Source of the DNA: Gemmatimonadota bacterium | GTDB lineage: Bacteria; Gemmatimonadota; Gemmatimonadetes; Longimicrobiales; RSA9 | Direction: 5' to 3' | Length of the DNA: 64,000 nt | NCBI GenBank assembly: GCA_040905425.1 | Contig: JBBDRO010000100.1 | Span: 66,953 to 130,952 of the forward strand | Shown: one piece after another, positions 54,850 through 62,486 of the stretch | Position numbering within the stretch: the stretch's first letter is position 1 | Layout: every line of letters starts with the position of its first letter | Translations under genes and position numbers: made by a program | Notes under the pieces: generated by a model | Told to the model about the DNA's origin: nothing | The model's input: only the letters and a program-made list of their open reading frames with translations | Databases searched by the model: none

Positions 54850-55342
54850 TCATGCGGCCAGCAGCCGTTCGATGAGCGCATCGGGGTTCAGCAGCAGCGC
54901 GCGGTGCCCGGCCAGTTCCGCCACGCCCAGGACGTCCCCGGGTTCGAGCCCCATGCCGCGGAGTTCGTCCTCGTCGAGCGCCGCCCAGTCGGCGGCGCCC
55001 GGCGCCCCCCGGAGCCATCCGGAGCACTTCCTCCACGGCCAGAGCCAGCGGGCGCTCGCCGTCGTCCACGAAGACGAGCCGGTGCCCCGGCCGCGCGGCG
55101 GCCGGCCGTAGGCGCAGCACCACGCCCAGGTCACAGACGGTGACTACGAGGCCGCGCAGCCCTACCAGCCCGCACACTTCCGGACCGCAGCCGGGCAGCC
55201 GCGTGACCGGCCGCGGCGTGGTGATCTCGCGCACCCGGTCGAGCGGCAAGCCAAGCCGGTGGCCGTCACACGTGAGCAGCACCCAGCGCGGTAGCGGGGC
55301 CGTGGTCGATCCCCCGTCGGACGTGACCGCCGTGCTCTCCAT
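54850..55342 (-). CDS. cheW: CheW coupling protein, apparently frameshifted at a G6 run (C6 on the plus strand, 55005-55010)
   Basis: The N-part is in the frame of track ORF 54797..55342 (WVLLTCDGHRLGLPLDRVREI...PLALAVEEVLRMAPGG). The C-part is in the frame of ORF 54850..55134 (APGAADWAALDEDELRGMGLEPGDVLGVAELAGHRALLLNPDALIERLLAA). Removing one G restores a CheW of about 164 aa. Confidence 0.75.
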
Positions 55343-55374
55343 CGATCGTCCGGCTCAGGGTTCAGTGAGGGCGC

Positions 55375-55404
55375 AAGATAGCGCGCCGCGAGCGAGCGGG
55401 TCAA
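55375..55404 (-). promoter_or_regulatory. Putative sigma70-type promoter of the che/mgl operon
   Basis: The minus strand reads TTGACC-18 nt-TATCTT (-35 at 55399-55404, -10 at 55375-55380). The -10 lies 33-38 nt upstream of the cheW ATG. Confidence 0.4.
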
Positions 55405-55479
55405 CCGCGCGCCCACGCGTGTGGGGGCCGGCCTCCGAACCATGGGACCATGCGTGCGCGCGCGCCGGCCTGCGGACGC

Positions 55480-55545
55480 GGGCCGGGCGCCGGTGGCTAG
55501 CGGGCCGGGCGCCGGTGGCTAGCGGGCCGGGACGCCGGTAACTAT
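55480..55545. repeat. 22-bp tandem direct repeat, two perfect copies plus one degenerate copy, between rluD and cheW
   Basis: gggccgggcgccggtggctagc occurs at 55480-55501 and 55502-55523, then gggccgggacgccggtaactat at 55524-55545. The third copy overlaps the rluD stop codon. Confidence 0.85.
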
Positions 55546-56525
55546 TGGGCCGGCGTGGAGCTCTCGCGTGCCCACTGGGCCGCATCCTCGAGGGCCGCCG
55601 GCAGGGGAGCGCTGAAGCGGAGCGGCAGACCCGTGACGGGATGCAGGAATGCCAGCTCCGCGGCATGCAGGAACTGGCGCGGCACGCGCCGCGCCAGCTC
55701 CTCGGCCCACATGCGGTCCCGCCCGCTCACGCGCCGCGCGCCGCCGCCGCCGTAGGCCTCGTCCCCCACCACGGGATGGCCGATGTGCGCCAGGTGGACC
55801 CGGATCTGGTGCGTGCGGCCGGTTTCCAGGCGCGCGCGGATGAGGTCGGCCGCCCGCCACCGCTCCAGGACCCGGAAGCGCGTGCGCGCCTGACGCCCCC
55901 CCTCCACCACCGCCATGCGCTTGCGCTCCCGGGGGGAGCGCCCGATGGGGGCGTCCACCAGCAGCTCTTCCTCGGCCAGATGCCCCCACGCTACGACCAG
56001 GTAGCTGCGCTCGATTTCGCGCCGCTTCAGCGCGCCGGCCAGCCCCCGGTGGGCCGCGTCCGTCTTGGCCACCACCAGCAGACCGGAGGTGTCCCGGTCC
56101 AGGCGGTGTACGATGCCCGGGCGGAGCACCCCGCCGATGCCGGACAGGTCGTCCAGATGATGGAGAAGTGCGTTGACCATGGTCCCGGTGCGGTTGCCGG
56201 GGGCGGGGTGGACCACCAGGCCGGCGGGCTTGTCCACCACGGCCAGGTGCTCGTCCTGGTGGATGATGCGCAGCGGGATGGGCTCGGCCGCCACGCCGGC
56301 GGCCGTGGGTTCGGGGAGCAGCAGCTCCACGCGGTCCCCCGCCTCGACTGGATAGCTCTTGCGGGCCGGTTCGCGATTGACGCGCACGGCGCCGTCCTCG
56401 ATCAGGCGGGCGGCGCGGGAGCGGGACAGGTCCGGCAGGCGGGTAGCCAGGAAGGCGTCCAGGCGGGTGCCGGCGTCGGGCGCGGCCACGGTTACGGTGG
56501 TCCGCCTAACCTCCCTCGGACGCAC
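55542..56525 (-). CDS. rluD: RluA/RluD-family 23S rRNA pseudouridine synthase
   Basis: S4-like N-terminus (RLDAFLATRLPDLSRSRAARLIEDGAVRVN) and catalytic HRLDRDTSGLLVVAKT. Confidence 0.92.
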   Translation of the reverse strand: MRPREVRRTTVTVAAPDAGTRLDAFLATRLPDLSRSRAARLIEDGAVRVNREPARKSYPVEAGDRVELLLPEPTAAGVAAEPIPLRIIHQDEHLAVVDKPAGLVVHPAPGNRTGTMVNALLHHLDDLSGIGGVLRPGIVHRLDRDTSGLLVVAKTDAAHRGLAGALKRREIERSYLVVAWGHLAEEELLVDAPIGRSPRERKRMAVVEGGRQARTRFRVLERWRAADLIRARLETGRTHQIRVHLAHIGHPVVGDEAYGGGGARRVSGRDRMWAEELARRVPRQFLHAAELAFLHPVTGLPLRFSAPLPAALEDAAQWARESSTPAQ

Positions 56526-57051
56526 GCCGCTCTTCGTTCCACAGGGAGAGGGCCAGGATGATGGCCCCGGTCGTGACCGCCACGTCCGCTACGTTGAAGA
56601 CCGGCCAGCGTAGGGTGCCCACGCCCACATCCAGAAAGTCGACCACGCCGCGCTCCAGCCGCACGCGATCGATCAGGTTGCCGAACGCACCCGCACAGAT
56701 GAGCGCGATGGCGCTGAGCCGCGACCGATCGGCCGTCGGGGTGAACCAGTACATCACCAGGAGCGCCACCAACGCCACCAGTGAAAGTACCAGGAAGATC
56801 TCCCGTGAGTACGGCCCGAGCTGGATCCCGAACGCGGCGCCCGGATTGTGGATGTACGTCAGACGCACGTACTCCCCCACCACGGGCACCTGGTCGTACT
56901 CACGCAGCATGCGCTGGACGGCCGCCTTCGTGACCACGTCCAGGAACAGCACGCCGCCCATGATGCCCGCGAAGAGGGCAGCCTTCCCGCCCGACCAGCT
57001 CTCGGCCGAAGTCTGCGCCACCGCGGTCTCCAGCTCTCCGTTCACGCTCAA
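56506..57051 (-). CDS. lspA: Lipoprotein signal peptidase II
   Basis: FLDVVTKAAV, NPGAAFG, GAFGNLIDR and FNVADVAV motifs; 181 aa. Confidence 0.9.
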   Translation of the reverse strand: MSVNGELETAVAQTSAESWSGGKAALFAGIMGGVLFLDVVTKAAVQRMLREYDQVPVVGEYVRLTYIHNPGAAFGIQLGPYSREIFLVLSLVALVALLVMYWFTPTADRSRLSAIALICAGAFGNLIDRVRLERGVVDFLDVGVGTLRWPVFNVADVAVTTGAIILALSLWNEERRASEGG

Positions 57052-57054
57052 CCT

Positions 57055-60000
57055 CTAATCCGCGCGCGTCAGTCCGACGCGGCCGCTCATGCCGTCCAGT
57101 TCCAGCTCCACCGCGTGGTCCAGGCCGGCCACCGCGTCGGCGCCCGTCCCCACCTCCACGGCCAGCGTCTCATGCATGATATAGTCCGCGTATGTTGCCG
57201 CCGCCTCGAGCACCGGTTCGGATCCCGCAACGGCCAGGCGGACGCGGTCACTCACCTCCAGGCCGGCGTCACGGCGCAGGCGCTGGATGCGGCTCACCAG
57301 TTCACGCGCCAGTCCCTCGCGGCGTAGCGCATCATCGAGTGCCGGATCGAGCGCCGCCACATAGCCCGCCTCGGACTGCACGGCCAGCTCCCCGCGGGCT
57401 TCCTCACGCACCTCCACCTCCTCGGCCGACAGCACGTGCCGCTCGCCGTCCACCTCCACCGCCAGCTCGCCACCTGAGCGGACGGCCAGGAGCGCGTCCG
57501 AGGGAAGCGCGCGGATGGCCTCCGCCACACGCGGCGTGTCAGGACCGAAACGTTTGCCCAGCACCCGGAAGTTCGGCACACCCTGGAAGCTCACCAGCTC
57601 CTCGGCCCCGGCCAGGAAGTGCACCTCCTTCACGTTCAGCTCGTCGCGTAGCACTGCCAGCAGCTCATCGGTCAGCTCCGCACGGCCGGGGATGACCGCG
57701 TGGAGGGCGCGCAGCGGCTGGCGTACCCGGATGCCGATGGCCTCGCGCGCCGCCCGTCCCAGGCTGGCCAGCATGCGGGTTGCCTCCATGCCCTCCTCGA
57801 GCTCCACGTCTCGGGGGGCCACGGCTTCCGGAAAGGAGGCCAGATGCACGCTCTCCCCCACCACGGCGCGGTGCAGCCAGTCCGCGGTGAAGGGCACGAA
57901 CGGCGCCAGCAGGCGCGCCACCGTCACGAGCGCCTCGTGGAGCGTGCGGAACGCCGCCCGGGTGTCCGCGGCGTCGGCGCTGCCCCAGAAGCGGGCGCGC
58001 GAACGGCGCACGTACCAGTTGGAGAGGTCGTCCACGACGAAGTCACTGACGGCACGCGCGGCGCGGGTGGCCTCGTAGGCCTCCATCTCCGCCCCCACCC
58101 GCTCCGCCAGTCCGGCGACGCGCGAGAGCACCCACCGGTCCAGCACGGGGCGCGCCTCCACCGGCGGGTCGTCGTCTGAAGGCGCCCAGCCTTCCAGATT
58201 GGCGTAGAGCGCCAGGAACCGATAGGTGTTCGCCAACGTGTCGAAGGTACGCCGCGCCGCTTCCGCGAGCGCTTCCGGATCGTAGCGCTTGGGGACCCAC
58301 GGCTGGCTCACGGTCACGAAGTGCCAGCGCAGCGCATCGGCGCCATGCACCGCGATGGCGTCCCAGGGATCCACCACGTTGCCGCGGGACTTGGACATCT
58401 TCCGGCCCTCGGCGTCCAGGATCAGATCGTTGACCACCACGTGCCGGTAGGGGGCCTGGTTGCCCAGCATGGTGGAGATGGCCAGCAGGGAGTAAAACCA
58501 GCCGCGCGTCTGGTCCACGCCTTCACAGATGTAGTCCGCCGGGAAGTGCCGCTCGAAGGCGTCCTGGTTCTCGAACGGCCAGTGCCACTGGGCGTAGGGC
58601 ATGCTCCCCGAATCGAACCACACGTCCACCACCTCCGGCGTGCGGCGCATGGTGCCCGCGCACCGGGAACAGGGCCAGGCCGGCTCGTCGATGTAGGGCT
58701 TGTGCGGATCGAAGTCCTCTCCGAGCGGGCCGGCCCGCTCGGCCAACTCCGCGTACGAGCCCATCACCTCGATATGCTCCGGTTCCTCGGAGCAGACCCA
58801 TACCGGCAGGGGCGTGCCCCAGTAGCGCTCGCGTGAGATGGCCCAGTCCACGTTGCCCTCGAGCCACTCGCCCATGCGCCCGCTGCCCACCTCCGGCGGA
58901 TGCCAATGGATGCCCCGGTTGGCCGCCACCATCTCGTCCCGCACCGCGGTGGTGCGCAGGAACCAGGAATCCCGGGCCATGTAGATGAGCGGACTCGAGC
59001 AACGCCAGCAGTGGGGGTAGCTGTGCTCCTCGAGGGTGTGCCGGAAGAGCAGCCCCGACTCCGCCAGCGCCTCCACCAGGACGGGGTCGGCCTCCTTCAC
59101 GGGCATACCGCCCACCAGGTCGACGGCCTCCCCGAAGCGGCCGTCGTCGCCCACCGGCCGCAGCATGGGCAGGCCATGGCGCTCCCCCGCCGCGTAGTCG
59201 TCGGCGCCGAAGGCCGGCGCCAGGTGGACGATGCCCGTGCCGTCCTCGGCCGTGACGAACGGCTCCAGGTAGATCTGCCACGCCGTATCCTCCGCCCCGT
59301 CCGGTGCGGGCACGAGGTCAAAGGGCCGCCGGTAGCGGACGCCGGCCAGCTGCGCGCCCGCGTGCCGGGCCACCACGCGGGCCTCCGCGCCGAACACCGC
59401 CTCCACCCGGGCCTCGGCCAGGATGAGCCGGCGGCCCTCGTGCTCCACCTCCGCGTAGGCCAGTTCGGGATGCACCGCCAGCGCCACGTTCGAGGGCACG
59501 GTCCACGGCGTGGTGGTCCACACCAGGAAGGCGCGGGAGGGATCATCCGCCAGTTCACACAGGAAGTAGAGCGAGGGATCGAAGACGTCCTCGTACCCCT
59601 GCGCCACCTCGTGCGAGGAGAGCGCCGTACCACAACGCGGACAGTAGGGCACGCTCTTGTAGCCGCGGTAGAGGAAGTCACGCTCCGCCAGGCGCTTCAG
59701 TATGGCCCATACGCTCTCCACGTATTCGTCCGAGAAGGTCACGTAGGGCCGCGAGTAGTCCAGCCAGTAGCCGATCCGCTCGGAGAGGCGCTCCCAGTCC
59801 TCCTTGTAGGTGAACACGCTGTCGCGGCAGGCCTTGTTGAAGCGGGCCACGCCCAGCTCCTCGATCTCCTGCTTGCCGCTGATGCCCAGCTGCTTCTCCG
59901 CCGCGATCTCCACCGGCAGCCCGTGCGTGTCCCACCCGGCAATGCGCGTCACGTGCCGTCCCTGCATGGTGCGGAAACGCACGAAGAGGTCCTTCAGCGT

Positions 60001-60183
60001 GCGGCTGATGACGTGGTGGATGCCCGGGCGACCGTTGGCCGTGGGCGGTCCCTCGTAGAAGACGAATTCCTCCCCGCCCTCGGTGGCCTCGAGCGTACGG
60101 CGGAAGAGGTCCTCCTCACGCCAGCGGAGGAGGACCTCTTCCTCGAGTCGGGTAGGGCTGTCTGGATATTCCGGGAAACTCAT
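57055..60183 (-). CDS. ileS: Isoleucine--tRNA ligase
   Basis: Start at MSFPEYPDSPTRLEEEVLLRW. HIGH-type PPTANGRPGIHH, KMSKS (GRKMSKSRGN), and the editing CP1 region. The upstream 95 aa of the track ORF overlap divIVA. Confidence 0.97.
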   Translation of the reverse strand: MSFPEYPDSPTRLEEEVLLRWREEDLFRRTLEATEGGEEFVFYEGPPTANGRPGIHHVISRTLKDLFVRFRTMQGRHVTRIAGWDTHGLPVEIAAEKQLGISGKQEIEELGVARFNKACRDSVFTYKEDWERLSERIGYWLDYSRPYVTFSDEYVESVWAILKRLAERDFLYRGYKSVPYCPRCGTALSSHEVAQGYEDVFDPSLYFLCELADDPSRAFLVWTTTPWTVPSNVALAVHPELAYAEVEHEGRRLILAEARVEAVFGAEARVVARHAGAQLAGVRYRRPFDLVPAPDGAEDTAWQIYLEPFVTAEDGTGIVHLAPAFGADDYAAGERHGLPMLRPVGDDGRFGEAVDLVGGMPVKEADPVLVEALAESGLLFRHTLEEHSYPHCWRCSSPLIYMARDSWFLRTTAVRDEMVAANRGIHWHPPEVGSGRMGEWLEGNVDWAISRERYWGTPLPVWVCSEEPEHIEVMGSYAELAERAGPLGEDFDPHKPYIDEPAWPCSRCAGTMRRTPEVVDVWFDSGSMPYAQWHWPFENQDAFERHFPADYICEGVDQTRGWFYSLLAISTMLGNQAPYRHVVVNDLILDAEGRKMSKSRGNVVDPWDAIAVHGADALRWHFVTVSQPWVPKRYDPEALAEAARRTFDTLANTYRFLALYANLEGWAPSDDDPPVEARPVLDRWVLSRVAGLAERVGAEMEAYEATRAARAVSDFVVDDLSNWYVRRSRARFWGSADAADTRAAFRTLHEALVTVARLLAPFVPFTADWLHRAVVGESVHLASFPEAVAPRDVELEEGMEATRMLASLGRAAREAIGIRVRQPLRALHAVIPGRAELTDELLAVLRDELNVKEVHFLAGAEELVSFQGVPNFRVLGKRFGPDTPRVAEAIRALPSDALLAVRSGGELAVEVDGERHVLSAEEVEVREEARGELAVQSEAGYVAALDPALDDALRREGLARELVSRIQRLRRDAGLEVSDRVRLAVAGSEPVLEAAATYADYIMHETLAVEVGTGADAVAGLDHAVELELDGMSGRVGLTRAD

Positions 60184-60196
60184 GCGCTCGTAGCGG

Positions 60197-60979
60197 TCAT
60201 CGGGTCTGCGGTGGTGGTTCCGGCTCGCCCTCGTCCAGCGGCAGCTCGGGCGCGTCCACGTAGCGGACGTCGCCGCGGGATCCGGTGGCGCCCTTCCGGT
60301 CGGTTTCAAGCGACGATGACCCGTCTGCCTCTTCGTCGTGATCATCCACGTCCGCCGCATCCTCCACGTCCGCGGGGTCGGCCGCGGCACGCCCCTCAGC
60401 ATGCTCGGCATGCTCCTCGGCGTGGTCCCGGCCGGGCTCCCCCGCCCCGGCCTCCTGATCCTCGGCATCCTCTTCGCTCTCCGGCGGCCCCAGGATTCCG
60501 GCGTGGCGCCCCTGCAGCTCCAGCGTCTCGTGAATGACGTCCAGCTCCCCGATCTCCCGCTCCAGAAAGGACCGGTAGCTGCTCACGAGCTGGCGCTGCC
60601 GCGCCCGCAGCCGCCGCAGGGTATCCTCTTCACGCTCCCGGTCCCGGTGGGCGTCCTGGCGAATGCGCTCCGCCTCCGCCTCCGCCTCCCGCCGGATGAG
60701 CTCCACCTCGCGCGCCATCTGCTGGCGTGTCTCCTCGCGCATCTCCTGGGCGCTGACCAGCGCGTCGGTGAGTCCCTTCTCACGGTCGGTGAACTCCGCC
60801 AGGCGCTGCTCCAGCTCCCGCACGCGTTCCTCGAGCGCCAGCTTATTGCGGACGACCTGCTCCAGGCGGTCGGCAACCAGATCCAGGAAGTCATCGACCA
60901 GGGCGCCGTCGTACCCGCGCAGGGCACGTTTGAAGTCACCCTTCTTCTTGCGTACCTCGAGAGGCGTCAGATCGATCAT
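60197..60979 (-). CDS. divIVA: DivIVA-domain protein with a long acidic C-terminal tail
   Basis: MIDLTPLEVRKKKGDFKRALRGYDGALVDDFLDLVADRLE (DivIVA N-terminal lipid-binding domain), then a coiled coil, then an Asp/Glu/His-rich tail. Confidence 0.85.
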   Translation of the reverse strand: MIDLTPLEVRKKKGDFKRALRGYDGALVDDFLDLVADRLEQVVRNKLALEERVRELEQRLAEFTDREKGLTDALVSAQEMREETRQQMAREVELIRREAEAEAERIRQDAHRDREREEDTLRRLRARQRQLVSSYRSFLEREIGELDVIHETLELQGRHAGILGPPESEEDAEDQEAGAGEPGRDHAEEHAEHAEGRAAADPADVEDAADVDDHDEEADGSSSLETDRKGATGSRGDVRYVDAPELPLDEGEPEPPPQTR

Positions 60980-61683
60980 CGTGAGCGTTCTCCGAACAGG
61001 ATCGTGCCGATGCGTACCATGGTGCTGCCCTCCTCCACCGCCAGCTCGAAATCATTGCTCATGCCCATGGACAGGTGCAGCGCGGTGAACCCGTCCACCG
61101 CGCGGTCACAACGCTCCCAGAAGGCCCGCGTGCGCGCGAAGGTGGAGCGCAGCACCGCCTCCTCGGCCACGAAGGGCGCCATGGTCATGAGCCCCTCCAC
61201 ACGAAGTCCAGGCAGCACCGCCACCTCGTTCACCTGCGCCAGCGTCCGCTCCTGGTCGGCGTGCAGGTCGAAGCCGCCCTTGGCCTCCTCGCCGGACGCG
61301 TTGACCTGGATCAGCACCCGGGTCTCGACCTCGGCCCGCACCGCCTCCTTGGAGACTTCCCTGGCAAGCCTGAGGGAGTCCAGCGAATGCAGCAGCGTCC
61401 AGTGGGGTAGCGCCTGCCGCACCTTGTTGCGCTGCAGGTGGCCGATGAGGTGCCACGCCACGGGCAACTCGTGCAGCAGTTCCCGCTTCTCCACCAGCTC
61501 CTGAACCCGGTTCTCGCCCACCGCGGACAGGCCCGCCGCCGCCGCCGCACGAACGGCCGCTGGGGGATGTCCCTTGGTCACCGCCACCAGGGCCACGGGC
61601 GCATTGCCTCCGCGCCGCGCGCGTGCCCGCTCCAGCCTGGTGTTCACCTCGGCGAGCCCCGCCGCCAGCCGTTCCTCATACAT
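60976..61683 (-). CDS. yggS: YggS-family pyridoxal phosphate homeostasis protein
   Basis: LVAVTKGHP (the PLP lysine), GENRVQE, HLIGHLQRNK and LSMGMSNDFELAVEEGSTMVRIGT. Confidence 0.9.
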   Translation of the reverse strand: MYEERLAAGLAEVNTRLERARARRGGNAPVALVAVTKGHPPAAVRAAAAAGLSAVGENRVQELVEKRELLHELPVAWHLIGHLQRNKVRQALPHWTLLHSLDSLRLAREVSKEAVRAEVETRVLIQVNASGEEAKGGFDLHADQERTLAQVNEVAVLPGLRVEGLMTMAPFVAEEAVLRSTFARTRAFWERCDRAVDGFTALHLSMGMSNDFELAVEEGSTMVRIGTILFGERSR

Positions 61684-61691
61684 GGGGGGCC

Positions 61692-61720
61692 ATTCTAGCG
61701 GCGCACGGGGCGGTTGTCGA
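61692..61720 (-). promoter_or_regulatory. Putative promoter of the yggS-divIVA-ileS-lspA-rluD unit; geometry suggests a leaderless or near-leaderless mRNA
   Basis: The minus strand reads TCGACA-17 nt-TAGAAT (-35 at 61715-61720, -10 at 61692-61697). Only 8 nt separate the -10 from the yggS ATG at 61681-61683. Confidence 0.4.
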
Positions 61721-61740
61721 TGCCGCGGCCAGGCTGACGG

Positions 61741-61781
61741 AAAATCAAAAAAGAGGGACCGGCCGCCTGGCCGGTCCCTCT
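61741..61781 (-). terminator. Rho-independent terminator after tonB
   Basis: Perfect 13-bp stem agagggaccggcc/ggccggtccctct (61752-61764 and 61769-61781) with loop gcct. On the minus strand it is followed by TTTTTGATTTT. Confidence 0.75.
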
Positions 61782-61803
61782 GCTGTCGCGTATCCGGCGC
61801 GCG

Positions 61804-62484
61804 TCACTTCGATGTGAACTCGATCTCCAGGGACACCCAGACCGGCACGGGCTTGTCACGGTTCTTGGCCGCGGAGAAACGCATCTGTTTGGCCACCTTC
61901 ATGGCCGCATCATCCAGCGCCGGATAGCCGCTGCTCTTCTTGAGCTGGATCTCCTGCACCGCACCCGTCTCGTTGATGAAGAACCAGACGTCGGCCGAGC
62001 CGCCGATCCCGGCGTCCCGCAGCATGGCCGGATACTCGGAGCGGAGCAGGCGCTCGACCTCGCCCCGGTTCTGCAGGGTGGGCGCCGTTTCGAACGGGGT
62101 AAACTGCGGCGCCGCCGAGATGTCCCCGCTGGTGGACTGCGTCGTGGGCGGAGCCGGCATGATCTCGATCGGATTGTCCTCGAACGTGGTGGACGCGATC
62201 GTGATGTCCTCGTCGATCGTGGCGTCACCCACCACGGGGGTGGCCGGCCGCGCGATCTGCTCGGGCGGCGGCGGGATGTCCACCTCGGGCGGGATGTCGA
62301 TGGCCGAGAGCTCGGCGGCGGCGTCGAACGTGTTCTCGGCCCGCATGTCCGGCCCCAGAAAGAAGATCATGAAGTGGACCATGGCGGCCACGGCCAGCGA
62401 GCCCCAGAACCAGCTGCCCGACGTCTCCTTGAAGCGGTCGTTGGCGGTCGAAGCCACCAGGGATGCCTGCTTATTCTCGGCCAT
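61804..62484 (-). CDS. tonB: TonB-family energy transducer
   Basis: N-terminal TM segment (WFWGSLAVAAMVHFMIFFL), a Pro-rich spacer (IPPEVDIPPPPEQ), and a TonB C-terminal domain (YPAMLRDAGIGG...SSGYPALDDAAMKV). Confidence 0.85.
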   Translation of the reverse strand: MAENKQASLVASTANDRFKETSGSWFWGSLAVAAMVHFMIFFLGPDMRAENTFDAAAELSAIDIPPEVDIPPPPEQIARPATPVVGDATIDEDITIASTTFEDNPIEIMPAPPTTQSTSGDISAAPQFTPFETAPTLQNRGEVERLLRSEYPAMLRDAGIGGSADVWFFINETGAVQEIQLKKSSGYPALDDAAMKVAKQMRFSAAKNRDKPVPVWVSLEIEFTSK

Positions 62485-62486
62485 GT

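Noticed and set aside
54797-55342. Taking the 181-aa track ORF at face value as an intact CheW with an Arg-rich tail overlapping cheY
   Set aside because: The last ~70 aa (GAGRRRLGGARRGRTPRHGARTRGRPG...) have no CheW similarity, whereas the alternative frame encodes a canonical CheW C-terminus that ends neatly 34 nt before cheY. A frameshift at the G6 run is the better reading.
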